A program made the translations under genes and the position numbers. A DNA stretch of 64,000 nucleotides from assembly GCA_020184695.1 (NCBI GenBank), contig JAANOX010000279.1:1-64000 (forward strand), written 5' to 3'. Below the pieces are notes generated by a model. That model did not search any database. It worked only from the letters and a program-made list of their open reading frames with translations, and was not told the DNA's origin. How positions within the stretch are numbered: the stretch's first letter is position 1; every line of letters starts with the position of its first letter. The stretch comes from Histomonas meleagridis 2922-C6/04-290x. Taxonomy: Eukaryota; Protista; Parabasalia. Positions 52,966-64,000 of this stretch are shown piece after piece.

Positions 52966-55623
52966 ATGAGAATTTTATCACTCATATTTTTTTATGCAAT
53001 ACCAATATTCTCAATAACTCCTTTTAGCATGAATAAGAAGTTGTCCACTAAAAGTTTAATGTCATTTTCGAGTACACTCGTAATTAACGAATCGAGTCAA
53101 TTTACGTCTGAATACAAAGATGTAGCAAAAACTGTTATAATTGGTGGAAATGTGAATCAAATACCATCAAAAGCATTTTCTAATTGGACTAAATTAATAA
53201 CTGTTTCAATTATAGGTCCTGTTTCCACAATTGGCTTTCAAGCATTTTGTCGTTGTTATAGCTTAGAATCAATTGATTTTGGAAACTGCGTTACAACAAT
53301 TGGAAGTTATGCCTTTTATAAATGCAATTCATTACAAAAAGTCACAATTCCAAACTCAGTAATTACAATTGATGCTTATTCATTTTATAAAATGCACAAA
53401 GTTAGCAAATGTCCAAATAGGCGACAATGTTACCACAATTGGAAATTATTCATTTTATAGGTGTGATATTATAAGCATAATATTACCAAATTCGATAATT
53501 AGTTTTGGTGATTATACATTTTATAAATGCACAGATCTTTAAAAAGTTATTATTGGCGAAAACATAACATCCGTAGGCAAATATGTATTTTATAATTGTA
53601 CCAATTTATTATCAGTAGAAATAGGCGAAAATGTTAAATAGATTGGAAACTATGCGTTTTATGGATGTGAAAAATTAGAAACGATTTCCAATACATTAAA
53701 CGTTGAACGAATTGGAGAATATTCATTTGCACAATGTAAAAGCTTAAAAAAGATCATATTATCAAATTTAACATCTGTTAACAATTATACATTTTATTAT
53801 TGTAATAATTTAAAGAATGTTCAACTTGGAAATCAAATTACATCAATAGGAAACTCAGCATTTCGTCAATGTTATGGATTACAAACAATTTCGATACCAA
53901 ATTCAGTTATAACAATTGGAAACTCAGCGTTTCGAAGTTGTACATATTTAATAGTGATTAATATTGGTAATAATGTTGAAACAATTGGTGATTATGCATC
54001 TTATTTTTGTTATGATTTAAAGAATATTACATTTCCAAATTCAGTTGTTAAACTTGGTAAATATGTATTATGTTATTGCCCATATTTAACCAAATTTAAT
54101 TACTGAAATTGATGATTATTCATTTTATGCATGTTCTAATTTACCATCGATTAAATTAAGTAATAACATTAAAGCAATTCGAAACTGTGTATTTTATCAA
54201 TGCTCTTCTTTAAAATCAATTAATGTTGGTGAAAACATTACTGAAATTGGAATTTATGCATTTGCTCAATGTATTTTTTGAATTCACATTCCCAAATTCG
54301 ATAACATTAATTTCTGATGATATATTTTTTGATTGTTCCTATTTAAGAACAGTTAAAATTGGGGAAAACGTAACAAAAATTGGAAATTATTCATTTTACT
54401 TTACACCATTAAGTAATATTAATATACCAGAAAAACTTGAAATTATTGGCAAATATGCATTTTATTATACTAAACTTGAGACATTTACTATTGGTGAAAA
54501 TGTTAAATTCATTGGAATTAATTCATTTTCTTATTGTGAGGAACTTCATACTATTGAAGTATCATCTAATAATAAATATTATTCCAATTATAATAACGAT
54601 GGAATTTTATGTAATAAAAATCGAACATCAATCATTTGTTATCCATTTAATTTAAATGCGAAATATAATATTCCAAGTTTCGTCATCACAATTGAAGATT
54701 ATGCATTTTATTGTTGTTCGAAATTAACATCAATTAATATCGGAAATAATGTTAAAACAATTGGTAAATATTCATTTAGTGGTTGTTCAATTGTTAACGT
54801 TATTATTCCAGATTCAGTTTTAATTGATGATAATGCATTTTGTTATTGTGATGAATTAGAAACAGTTAAAATCGGAGATAATGTTAATAAAATTGGTAAT
54901 ATGACATTTGGCGATTGTGAAAAGTTACAAACAATTGAAGTCCCATCAAACAACAAATATTATTCCAATTATAATAATGATGGAATTCTTTATGATAAAG
55001 AGATCACTCAAATCATAAGTTATACAAATGGTAAAACTAATACTATATATGATGTACCAAATAAACTTAAAATAATTGGCGAATGTTCATTCTTTAGATG
55101 TTATAATTTAATAACGATAAATATGAATGATAATGTTAACATTATAAGTAACGGAGCATTTGCTGAATCGTATATTAAAATAGTGAACTTTGGGAATAAT
55201 GTAAAAGTAATTGGTAAATATGCATTCATGGGCTGTACTCAATTCCATAATGTTATTTTACCGTCTTCGATAACGTTAATAGATGATTACGCATTCTTCA
55301 ATAGTCATTTAAGTTGCGCTTATTATAATGGTACAAATGAGCCAAATGTATCCGCAAATGCATTCGAAGAAACATTTGTGAATGTGATGATGGTAAATGA
55401 TTATTATAAGGGATTCTACTTCGGTAGCTTGGATGTGACATGGGATATAATAGAGAGGTGTATACCTAAAAAAGAAGATGAGAGGAGTAATACCCTCGCA
55501 ATTGCACTGGGAGTGTGTATACCAGTGGTAGTAATAGTAATAGTGGTGATAGTGGTGGTAATCTTAATTAGAAGGAAAAATAATCAGAAGAATCTAAGTG
55601 ATGATCTTTTGTATCTTGAATAA
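52966..55623 (+). pseudogene. BspA-like (TpLRR) surface protein, disrupted
   Basis: Many IPNSVITIG..AF..C..L repeats, signal peptide and C-terminal TM; frameshift at ~53390, stops at 53540-42 (TAA) and 53639-41 (TAG), further shifts to ~54280. Confidence 0.85.
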
Positions 55624-55891
55624 ATCATTAATGAATTTGATTTTTTATAATTTCTCTGTTTTTGCTGATGAGATTTATTTATTTAAAGAAAATAGAACTG
55701 ATTTTTTATTCAAAATTGTATAAATATTCACAGTTTAATCAAATATTTTGTTGCATTTTCTTATTTTAAATTGGAATTTTAGCAAATTAATTATAATAAA
55801 AATTTGTTTTAGTAAATTTTACTAAAATTTTTGCCGCTATAAAAAACGTTAATAAACCATTTTGTAAATAATTCAAAAAGATTGTGCAAAA

Positions 55892-56302
55892 ATGACAAGT
55901 GAAGTCGAAAACACCATCCTCCATTTGATGTCTCAGATTCAGGCACACGTCCAAGAAAACCCACGTGACTTGGAGGTGGTAATTACAGAGCTCCATTCAA
56001 TTATCAATAAAATTGATCCAGAAATAGTCAAAAAAAATCGACCAAAACTTTCGCTTATAAATCCAGAATTTAAACCACAACTCAAAAACACAAAGGAAAA
56101 AATTTTTGAGAAAATTGGAATTAAAATCAAAATCCCAGATCTTCGATATGAAGCAGATAAACTCAGTCAAGCAACAAACGTACCTCTACCAAACTCAACA
56201 AGAAAAAATAACGGAGCACTTCTCCAATGGTTTGACTCCAATTGGGCTGTTCTTGAACCAAAATTAATTGAACTAAAGGGAAAAATTCAAACGCGAAACT
56301 AG
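55892..56302 (+). CDS. Small hypothetical protein
   Basis: 136-aa ATG ORF; basic-helical C-terminus (TRKNNGALLQWFDSNW). Confidence 0.6.
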   Translation: MTSEVENTILHLMSQIQAHVQENPRDLEVVITELHSIINKIDPEIVKKNRPKLSLINPEFKPQLKNTKEKIFEKIGIKIKIPDLRYEADKLSQATNVPLPNSTRKNNGALLQWFDSNWAVLEPKLIELKGKIQTRN

Positions 56303-56559
56303 GAAATTTTTGGAGCGGGATTTCAAATTGATGTTTTTAAAGAATTTTTTTTTCACTTTTTTTAATTTTGAATATTCAAATCAATTGATTAGCAAAAATT
56401 CATAGGTAATGAAATAATCCATCTATTTGTTTTTGTTTCATGTATCTGATTTGTGAAGAATAGGAAGAATAATGTGGCAATAAATTTCATTTGTTTTGTT
56501 CACATTTATTTTTTATTGAATAGTTTACAAGTGAATTCTCTTTTTAAAATTTTAAATTC

Positions 56560-57321
56560 ATGAATTTTGCTGATTGCTCAGCAACATCCTTTTTTGCATT
56601 AAATCAAGCGCCTCACCCTTCATTTTCAGTTCCTTTATTAGATGGTTTTTTGCCAAATGGTCCATTTCATAATCCAAGAATATTTCATATAACTGGGCAT
56701 CCTCAATCATATAAAACAACCTTAGCAGTTGAAATTGCATCTGATTTTTTAGCAATAAAATCTTCTGCAACAAATATTGTTTGGCTTGATTGCGATTATA
56801 AATTTCCATTTGACTTGATGAAAATCAAACAAATAGACATGTCAAGAATCATTTTCGCACAGTGCAGAAGTAGTGAAGAAATTCTTTTTAATCTTCTTCA
56901 TATAGAACATTTACTACAATATCATGATGATGATAATCAAGAACTTATTCGTGCAATTTTTATTGATGGATTCAACTCTTCCTTTTGGATTGATGAAAAG
57001 ACAAGTGAATTTACAAAATCCAAAAGATGGGTTTTCAAATCAATGATCGAAAAATTTGTTTCATCATATGGAGTTTCAGTTATTGTTGTTTTCCAAGACA
57101 TCGGTGACTTTGACATATGGCAATCATTTGAAACAGCACCTTTCATGAAACTTCGTTGTTCTAAAACTTCTCCTGGTGAAGGAATTCTTTCATATGATGT
57201 TTATTCTGACAAATTCCAAATAACAGAAAACAGAGAATTTAAGTGGGGAAAGCGCTTGTTAAACTCTGATATGAACCAGCAACAGGAGCCCGAAGAAGAA
57301 GCAGGAGAACCGCATATGTAA
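56560..57321 (+). CDS. XRCC2: RAD51 paralog, XRCC2-like
   Basis: HITGHPQSYKT (variant Walker A), VWLDCDYKF, IFIDGFNSSFWID (Walker B plus the FW.D typical of XRCC2). Confidence 0.6.
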   Translation: MNFADCSATSFFALNQAPHPSFSVPLLDGFLPNGPFHNPRIFHITGHPQSYKTTLAVEIASDFLAIKSSATNIVWLDCDYKFPFDLMKIKQIDMSRIIFAQCRSSEEILFNLLHIEHLLQYHDDDNQELIRAIFIDGFNSSFWIDEKTSEFTKSKRWVFKSMIEKFVSSYGVSVIVVFQDIGDFDIWQSFETAPFMKLRCSKTSPGEGILSYDVYSDKFQITENREFKWGKRLLNSDMNQQQEPEEEAGEPHM

Positions 57322-58117
57322 ATGTTTATTTTGACAATGTTTGTTTGTTTCACTTTTTAAATAGTTTTATATAGTTTACGTTCGTAAATAATATAAAATT
57401 TTCGGTTTTAATCGAGTTTGCTGAATTTGTACACATACAATTACTCTAAAATTACTTTTACTAATACTTTAACTCTTCGATGTTTGGTTCATCAACTAAT
57501 TATATTAACAATATATTCTTTAAACGAAGAACAAAATATTGACGAAATTCTCATTGGGGTTAGTATTGAATTTCTTATAGTTATTATTATAATTATTGCA
57601 ATTGCAAAATCAAACAAAAGAAAGTCCCATGTCTAGACAACATTTGCAATTGCTGCATGAAGTACAGTATTAAATATTAAAAATTCATTCCAAAAACTTA
57701 AGGCAAAAATTTGTTAAATGAATAAATCATTATCTTTTTCATTAATATCAACTTCTTTATGTTAAAGAAGTAATTTAACAATATTGTTAATCAACATGAC
57801 GAATTCTAGATGCTTTTATAAGTGCCGTCCAAAATGAAAAAAATAATTTCCAAATCATTGCAAAAAACCTAAAAACATTAAAAAATATAAATAATAAAAC
57901 TAACATTAATTTCGTTTTCTTCAATTAAACCTAAAAACTCAACATAAGTATCAGCATGAGACCCCCTCTTTAAAAAAGCAATACATATCATGTTTGCAAA
58001 CCTCAAAAAAACGTCACAGCACTTTTGAATCAAAAGTCGGAGAAGACGTTAATTTCAATTAGAGACGTTTAGAAATACCATGATATCATTCAAATGTGAC
58101 AACGATAGCTCTTAAAT

Positions 58118-58269
58118 ATGGCAGACTTATTGAATTATGTTTCAGTGCCTACTCAAATATGGCGCCATATTTAACTTTAACTTTAATTTTTTCTGAAATG
58201 CCGTTTTACTCCAACAATATTTTAAGATGCTCTAAAATCAAAATGGCGCCTTTAATTGGGATAATGGCG
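58118..58269. promoter_or_regulatory. Cluster of ATGGCG motifs and an 18-bp palindrome upstream of H2A
   Basis: AAATATGGCGCCATATTT at 58155-58172; ATGGCG also at 58243 and 58264; ATGGCA at 58118. Confidence 0.4.
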
Positions 58270-58296
58270 GGATAAAAGTAACTTCATAATTTCATT

Positions 58297-58698
58297 ATGC
58301 CAGCAAAGAAAGGTGTCAAGAAAACAGCTACAAAGACAGCAGTTGATGGAGAACGTTCTCATCCAAAGACAAGATCAAGCCGTGCAGGACTTCAATTCCC
58401 TGTTGGACGTCTTCATCGTTTCCTTCGTGAAGGTCGTTATGGAGATCGTGTTGGTGCAGGCGCCCCAGTTTTCATGGCAGCAGTTCTTGAATATCTTACA
58501 GTCGAAGTTCTTGAACTTGCAGGAAATGCAGCACGTGATAACAAGAAGACAAGAATTTCACCGCGTCATATCATGCTTGCAATTCGTAATGATGAAGAAT
58601 TGAACCAACTTCTTTCCAACATTACAATTGCATCAGCAGGTGTTGTTCCACACATTCATAAAGTTCTTCTCGGACAAACCAAGAAGAAGGAAGAATAA
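58297..58698 (+). CDS. H2A: Histone H2A
   Basis: [46 protein letters not shown]. Confidence 0.98.
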   Translation: MPAKKGVKKTATKTAVDGERSHPKTRSSRAGLQFPVGRLHRFLREGRYGDRVGAGAPVFMAAVLEYLTVEVLELAGNAARDNKKTRISPRHIMLAIRNDEELNQLLSNITIASAGVVPHIHKVLLGQTKKKEE

Positions 58699-58969
58699 GT
58701 AAACTATTTCTTTTTTGCCGAAATCATTTTCTTTTTTGTTTATGCGTTTTTAAATTATCATAATTAATAAACTTGATTGGTTATTAATATCATTCATGAA
58801 AACCCAATGACAAATAAAATCTATCTATGAATGAGATTGGGAATATCCATGGATATCATGTTCTTGTCCAGCAAACGGTAACGCTCAAGTCAGCCTACGA
58901 TTACGCGGTTTTTTCATTGAAAACATTATCGTATAATTGAAAAAGTTTAAACAAAGATTTCATTTTAAA

Positions 58970-60625
58970 ATGGAGTTTCGACCCCACCTTGAACCTCAAG
59001 AGGGAGCCGATGTTATAATAGGATTCGATAGGGTGGGAACTTCGTTTCAAATTCAAGGATCAGCAGTTCCAATTTTAAAAGAACCACAATGTTTTTCATC
59101 TGAATTACCAATTTTACCATTATCAAAATACTTATTACAAAACCCAGAAAAGGGAATAAAAAACTTGAATTTCCCGATTTTTTGCGATATTTTCCATCCT
59201 AAAATCACACAATTAGATAATGCACCACAAAAATGTCAAAAGTGCGGATCTTATATTCCACCAGAATATCCACAATGCTGTTTTTGCTCAAATTTTGAGT
59301 ATCAGCCTACATTTTACTCTTTTCCTAATTCTGAAATTTCACAACCTTTATTTCTCTTTTTGGCATTAGGAAATCCATCTGATTATTTTTATGACTCACT
59401 TGAACACTTTCCTTATCCCTATATATTATTTTCATTTGGTAATGAACATTTTATTGTTCTACACAAATCAGGGAAAATCCTTACACATCTCCATCTCATT
59501 GACACGGAAATACCTCCGAGTTCCATAATGAAAGATGTTCACCAAAAATTACCACATTTTCCTATTGTTTTTTCTAATAAAGTAAATTTGAACGAAATCC
59601 TTGATAAATTAATCCAAATGATACAACCACTTCAGAGCCATGTGAACATAGTCATTGTGAATAGTCAACCACACAAATGTTTATCAGCTTTTGATAATCC
59701 CAACATCACAATTTCTATTTTATCATCTAACAGAATCAACTGTGAATGTAATGCCTGTTGCTATCAAACAGGAGGCTTCTTTCTTCCTAATTCCGAATCC
59801 ATTTCCATGGAACAATTATGTGAAGTATATAATTCATCAATTCGTTATTCCAACAAATTTATTACAATCCCAGAGCATTCACTTCTGTTCCCTGGCTATC
59901 ATCTCATATTTGATCAAATGCCAATTGTTTCTTCTTCCCCATCAACACCCATTCAAATCATAATTGAATCGAACGATCGCACTTTTTGCTTTACGACGCA
60001 ATTCAAATCCCGTATCGGCCTCAAATCTTTTCTTTATGAAACATCTTTACCCAACATGCTTATTGCACTTGGGGAACATAGAGAAATATTTTCCGAAATT
60101 GTTACGCAAACTCTTGATCAAAATTCTATTACTGTTCCATATTCTTTAAGATATTTAGTTCATTTCCCATCAATTACTCAAAGGCGCACCATACATTCCA
60201 TGTTATCATTCCGACCATTTGCAGTCCAGATTTTGCCTGTCATGCGAGTTCCTGATTTTATTTCACAATCATTATTTTCTAATTTATCAATACTTTTAAT
60301 TTTGTATGAAAGCACTATATACGTGTACGTTGGCGTCGATGTGACTAAAGATGAGTGGAGAAATGAAATTGGATATGAGCGGCCTTCGGATTACACGTCA
60401 TTTGAGATTTTGGATGTGAAAAGTGACTTCAAGTCAAAACTTTGGACCACAATTCGATCAATAAGAAGAATGTATGAGCCGTATCATTTGCCTGTGATTG
60501 TTGTGCCGAGTGAGAGTGGGAAAAGAGTGCAACTGTACGAATTATTCGAATATGATGTTGTGAAAGGCGGAAATATGATCTACAAAAAGTTTGCTGATAT
60601 GATACGAAACGGAAAGAGCTTCTAA
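58970..60625 (+). CDS. Divergent Sec23/Sec24-family protein
   Basis: Zn-finger CQKCGSYI...CCFC, vWA-like core, gelsolin-like tail ILYESTIYVYVG. Confidence 0.6.
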   Translation: MEFRPHLEPQEGADVIIGFDRVGTSFQIQGSAVPILKEPQCFSSELPILPLSKYLLQNPEKGIKNLNFPIFCDIFHPKITQLDNAPQKCQKCGSYIPPEYPQCCFCSNFEYQPTFYSFPNSEISQPLFLFLALGNPSDYFYDSLEHFPYPYILFSFGNEHFIVLHKSGKILTHLHLIDTEIPPSSIMKDVHQKLPHFPIVFSNKVNLNEILDKLIQMIQPLQSHVNIVIVNSQPHKCLSAFDNPNITISILSSNRINCECNACCYQTGGFFLPNSESISMEQLCEVYNSSIRYSNKFITIPEHSLLFPGYHLIFDQMPIVSSSPSTPIQIIIESNDRTFCFTTQFKSRIGLKSFLYETSLPNMLIALGEHREIFSEIVTQTLDQNSITVPYSLRYLVHFPSITQRRTIHSMLSFRPFAVQILPVMRVPDFISQSLFSNLSILLILYESTIYVYVGVDVTKDEWRNEIGYERPSDYTSFEILDVKSDFKSKLWTTIRSIRRMYEPYHLPVIVVPSESGKRVQLYELFEYDVVKGGNMIYKKFADMIRNGKSF

Positions 60626-60964
60626 TAAAAAGTAAATAGAGTTATCTTTTGTTCTTAAGTTGAGATAAAAAAATTTTATTCAAAAGAAGCAAATCAGACT
60701 GAATAATAGATATATCTCATATGAGATGTACATTAACAGCTTGTTCTTATAATAATTCACTTTATTTTGTGGAATTATTATGCCAATGCTTACTATGTTT
60801 AGAAGTGAAAATTGATTTTTCTCAGGAGAAAAAAATTCCAAATTTAAATGTTCTTTTCTTCATTTTGGATAAAAATAGCAAAATTACTGCATGAATAAGA
60901 AAGATTTGATGCATTTGTATGTGTACTAAATTTTGTAACTAATGGTTGAGGATTAACATATATT

Positions 60965-61136
60965 ATGAACAACTAAAATAAAATTAATTTGTGACGTAAA
61001 ACATTAAATTGAAATATTTTTAGTTTCACTTAAAAAAAAATAAATTGATGAAAAATATATAATGAACAACAAAAATAAAATTAATCTGTGACATAAAACA
61101 TTACATTGAAATATTTTTCGTTTCAATGAAAAAACG
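60965..61136 (+). repeat. Tandem duplication, ~75 bp conserved within a 97-bp period
   Basis: ATGAACAAC.AAAATAAAATTAAT.TGTGAC.TAAAACATTA.ATTGAAATATTTTT at 60965 and 61062. Confidence 0.75.
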
Positions 61137-61190
61137 AATTTATTCTCAGACATTTTCAAAGAAAAAACACAAAATTTATTTACAATAACA

Positions 61191-62627
61191 TTACATTTCT
61201 TTCTTAATATATTCCTCAATACGCAACATTTGGTTATATTTTGCTGTCCCATCAGCAGAAAAGGCTCCTCCTGCCATCAAATATTCGCTTTGTATTGCAA
61301 CTGCAAAATCAGCAATTAAACTTTCGCAAGTTTCTCCACACCTTCTTCCGACGCAAACCAATTTTCCTCTTTGCTTAAACAAAATTGCAGTGTCAGCGGC
61401 GTCCGAAAGACAGCCGACTTGAAGAGGCTGAATTAAGATTCCGTCTGTCCATTTCTTTTTTAATCCTTTACGCGCAAGTGTTGATTGCGATGAATATACA
61501 TCGCCGCCGAAAAGTTTTACTTTACCAATTAAGGCATCTCGCATTAAATCCCATCCTAAGTTATCAACATCACTAATCCCATCATTAATCATTGATATTG
61601 ATGGATGTTTCGTCATTAAATCAATATAAAATTGAATAAGTTGCGCAGATGTTAAATTATTTTCAATTATTTGATAACATGGTGTATCAATATCTGAAAG
61701 ATAAAAAGTTGATGCTGCACAATCAATGCTTATTGTGATGTCAATGCCAGGCTTATAACCGGATTCTGTAATAGCTTCTTCAAGGATTGAAAGAGATGTG
61801 GAAATATCATTACGATAAACAAGGCCCCCCATTTTGCCGATAGAAAAGTGGCGACCGTTTGCGAAGATTTTATGTTTTAATTGATGCGAAACTTCTGAAC
61901 AAATACGAAGTTGCTCAGCAAACGAAATTCCGCTTTTAGGAATGATGTTAACAGATTCAAAAGGTATTGGTGAATCTTCTGAATGTTTTCCTCCTTCAAA
62001 TACAGTAAAAATTGGTGTTGGAATGATGAAATTATCAGCTGATTGTAATGGAAAAAAAGATTCATAAAGATAAAGGAAAAGAGGCTTTTGCATAATGTAA
62101 GAAGATGCTTTCGCAAGTGAAAAAGAAATTGCTGTAAGAACATTTGAAATTCCTGTTTTATCTTCAAGACATTTCTTAACCATGTTGTCGAATTTAACAA
62201 TGTCAGTAAATTCTTTTTGTTGAAGATGTTTAGAAACAAGATCAACCAAAGAAAATGTATTTTGAATTCCTAGTCCAAAATAACGAGAGGAATGAGAGTC
62301 TACAAGTGGTTTTTGTTCTTGTATTGAAACAGAAATTCCTACTGGTGCAACTGATTTTCCAACCAAATTATTTTGTCCAAGAACATTTGCATATACTTCA
62401 ACACATAAACTTGGTCCTCCTGTAGAAACTATTACTTCTCTTGCTTTTAAGCAAGTAATTGTTGGTTGTTTTGATTGACTTGCAAATTGATTTGCAAAAA
62501 CACCAAATGGATCAGAAGGACGTTCATGAACAACTTGTCCTATGAACTGTTCTATTTTTTGTTCGATACAATGTTCTTTTACATAATCAATTGCCTTCAA
62601 ACATTTTTTTGTTTCTTCATCCCCCAT
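61191..62627 (-). CDS. ENO4: Enolase-like pseudoenzyme with N-terminal RIIa/Dpy-30-like docking domain (ENO4-like)
   Basis: LKAREVIVSTGGPSLCVEV, PIFTVFEGGKH and AKYNQMLRIEE; catalytic motifs degenerate (LIQPLQVG, RRCGET); N-terminal ERPSDPFG docking motif. Confidence 0.7.
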   Translation of the reverse strand: MGDEETKKCLKAIDYVKEHCIEQKIEQFIGQVVHERPSDPFGVFANQFASQSKQPTITCLKAREVIVSTGGPSLCVEVYANVLGQNNLVGKSVAPVGISVSIQEQKPLVDSHSSRYFGLGIQNTFSLVDLVSKHLQQKEFTDIVKFDNMVKKCLEDKTGISNVLTAISFSLAKASSYIMQKPLFLYLYESFFPLQSADNFIIPTPIFTVFEGGKHSEDSPIPFESVNIIPKSGISFAEQLRICSEVSHQLKHKIFANGRHFSIGKMGGLVYRNDISTSLSILEEAITESGYKPGIDITISIDCAASTFYLSDIDTPCYQIIENNLTSAQLIQFYIDLMTKHPSISMINDGISDVDNLGWDLMRDALIGKVKLFGGDVYSSQSTLARKGLKKKWTDGILIQPLQVGCLSDAADTAILFKQRGKLVCVGRRCGETCESLIADFAVAIQSEYLMAGGAFSADGTAKYNQMLRIEEYIKKEM

Positions 62628-62733
62628 TTAGAAACCGTTTATTTATGAAATACCTCCGGTTTTTAAGTGCTTTACACAATGGGGTGGCCCAAAGCAAACT
62701 TTATTCTGAGGAAAATGATCGTCGATTTATTAC

Positions 62734-63924
62734 ATGAAACAAAAGTCATTATTTGCAACATGCTTTTGTGTAATAACAGTATTATTTCTAATTAGTTATC
62801 CCCGATATGATTATCAAGGATTACTGACAACATTATATAACAACAAAATGAAAAATTCAAATGAACTATTTGGAGATTCTTTTCCTCCTATCAAAATATA
62901 TTGTTATAACATATCCAACAGATGGCATCCAGACAATGAACGCGTCAAAAATGAAATGTATTATCCAAACAGTCGAGAATTTCAATTTTTTGTCGAGATT
63001 GAATTACATCGCGAACTTCTTCTCTCACCAATAATAACCAATGATCCGGAAGAAGCAGATTTTTTCTATGTCCCAATATATACTTTTGCATGTATCTTCA
63101 ATGAAAAACTTCAAAATGTTACTGACTTAATCAAAGAACTACGATCCATAGGACCATGGTATGACCGTCATAATGGTGCAGACCATATTATGGTTACTGG
63201 CTTCGAAACTCCATATGGAAATTGTCCACTTCGTCAATCAGTCACATCTGACAACTTCATCATCGCCAGTCCGAACCCACAGTCATGGATATCGTGGCAA
63301 AGTTGGCATGGACAACGGAATATTATTGTTCCGTTTGTATCATATTTTCCAGAATATCCATTTGATCAAGTCCAATGGAATATTCCTCGCAAACACACTG
63401 CGTTCATAGCACAGACGTATACCATTTCCAGTAAGGGTAACAAAGTGATCAGAACTGAAATCTCGAATCAAATGCGGAAACTTAAAAGAGGAAACTTGGT
63501 AATGTTCAACCGGTACACGAACCAAATCGTCGAAACAGTCGCAAGCTTACCGAAACATATGCAAAACTCTGATTTTTGCATATGTCCAGGTGGAGATTTA
63601 CCATTTCCAAAGCGGTTTTTCGATGCAACTTACTTCGGATGTATACCAGTGATCATATCGAATGAGGCAGTTCCGCCATTTGCAGATCTCTTATTGGACT
63701 ATTCGAAATTTTCGTTGAGAATCCCAGAGGAAAACGTAACGCAAATGGCCGAAATCCTCGAGAGCTTCTCCCAGGAAAGAATTCAGGAAATGAGGAATGA
63801 GCTGAAGTTGGCGGCAAAAACTTTCAGATTCAGGTTGGGCTCACCGCCTGTGGTTGGGGAAGCTTTTTGGGCCTTCACGTGGATGCTATATATAAGGTAT
63901 ATGTACCACGAACAGTTTAATTAG
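62734..63924 (+). CDS. Exostosin-family glycosyltransferase (GT47)
   Basis: Type II TM; DPEEADFFYVP, GPWYDRHNGADHI, SDFCICPGG, RFFDATYFGCIPVII. Confidence 0.88.
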   Translation: MKQKSLFATCFCVITVLFLISYPRYDYQGLLTTLYNNKMKNSNELFGDSFPPIKIYCYNISNRWHPDNERVKNEMYYPNSREFQFFVEIELHRELLLSPIITNDPEEADFFYVPIYTFACIFNEKLQNVTDLIKELRSIGPWYDRHNGADHIMVTGFETPYGNCPLRQSVTSDNFIIASPNPQSWISWQSWHGQRNIIVPFVSYFPEYPFDQVQWNIPRKHTAFIAQTYTISSKGNKVIRTEISNQMRKLKRGNLVMFNRYTNQIVETVASLPKHMQNSDFCICPGGDLPFPKRFFDATYFGCIPVIISNEAVPPFADLLLDYSKFSLRIPEENVTQMAEILESFSQERIQEMRNELKLAAKTFRFRLGSPPVVGEAFWAFTWMLYIRYMYHEQFN

Positions 63925-64000
63925 TGAACATATAGATGTGTAAAAAATCATTATTTTGATATAAAATCATTTACAAATTGGACCAAATAAGGCACTTGAA

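Noticed and set aside
1203-55623. Alternative genetic code (TAA = Gln) explaining the in-frame stops
   Set aside because: Intact genes such as H2A and CFAP47 end in TAA, and the 8.5-kb CFAP47 frame has no internal TAA or TAG; internal stops occur only in elements and pseudogenes that mostly also have frameshifts
60965-61136. 97-bp tandem duplication 3' of the enolase-like gene as a functional element
   Set aside because: Two-copy AT-rich duplication with no structure; probably ordinary slippage or unequal crossover
5545-63525. Numerous short antisense or overlapping ORFs in the track (e.g. 6420-6617, 7207-7621, 20062-20283, 22548-23486, 31931-32374, 46119-46589, 49065-49903, 61385-62245)
   Set aside because: These are shadows of real genes on the other strand or frame; composition is explained by the sense gene

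Overview
Very AT-rich, gene-dense, essentially intron-free eukaryotic DNA, most consistent with a parabasalid protist of the Trichomonas/Tritrichomonas/Histomonas type. That assignment is inferred from Maverick-type KilA-N/pPolB genes, DUF3447-ankyrin genes, a BspA-type LRR gene and GTCACTTT promoter motifs. Layout: (1) 1-8440 is a decayed Maverick/Polinton with a nonsense-riddled protein-primed PolB, two capsid-like genes, a coiled-coil gene and one intact KilA-N gene. (2) 8500-14100 is a repeat- and structure-rich mobile junction: a 24-bp-periodic TTGACTAT array, a Y-shaped double hairpin, a ~230-bp inverted-repeat element, a split repeat bracketing a membrane-anchored glycoside-hydrolase-like gene, and a truncated IS630/Tc1/mariner transposase. 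(3) Three DUF3447-ankyrin loci (14240-16190 -, 16487-19325 +, 37282-39785 +). (4) Housekeeping genes: WD40, DHHC, PDK1, PQ-loop, PPP phosphatase, CFAP47, Brr6/Brl1-like, S28 peptidase, GIGYF-like, XRCC2-like, H2A, Sec23/24, ENO4-like and a GT47 exostosin, plus disrupted Hsp70, BspA and EGF surface-protein genes. The main discovery candidate is in the ankyrin loci. After the annotated stop, each locus continues as an array of ankyrin-coding modules (22 in total) separated by a conserved 60-84 nt (usually 80 nt) AT-rich non-coding spacer at an identical position in every repeat. The spacers have no conserved GT-AG or AT-AC ends and carry a TRRAA motif exactly 24 nt before the next module. Removing all but 6 nt at each end restores canonical 34-aa ankyrin repeats, which suggests a non-canonical intron, translational bypass or other processing system.
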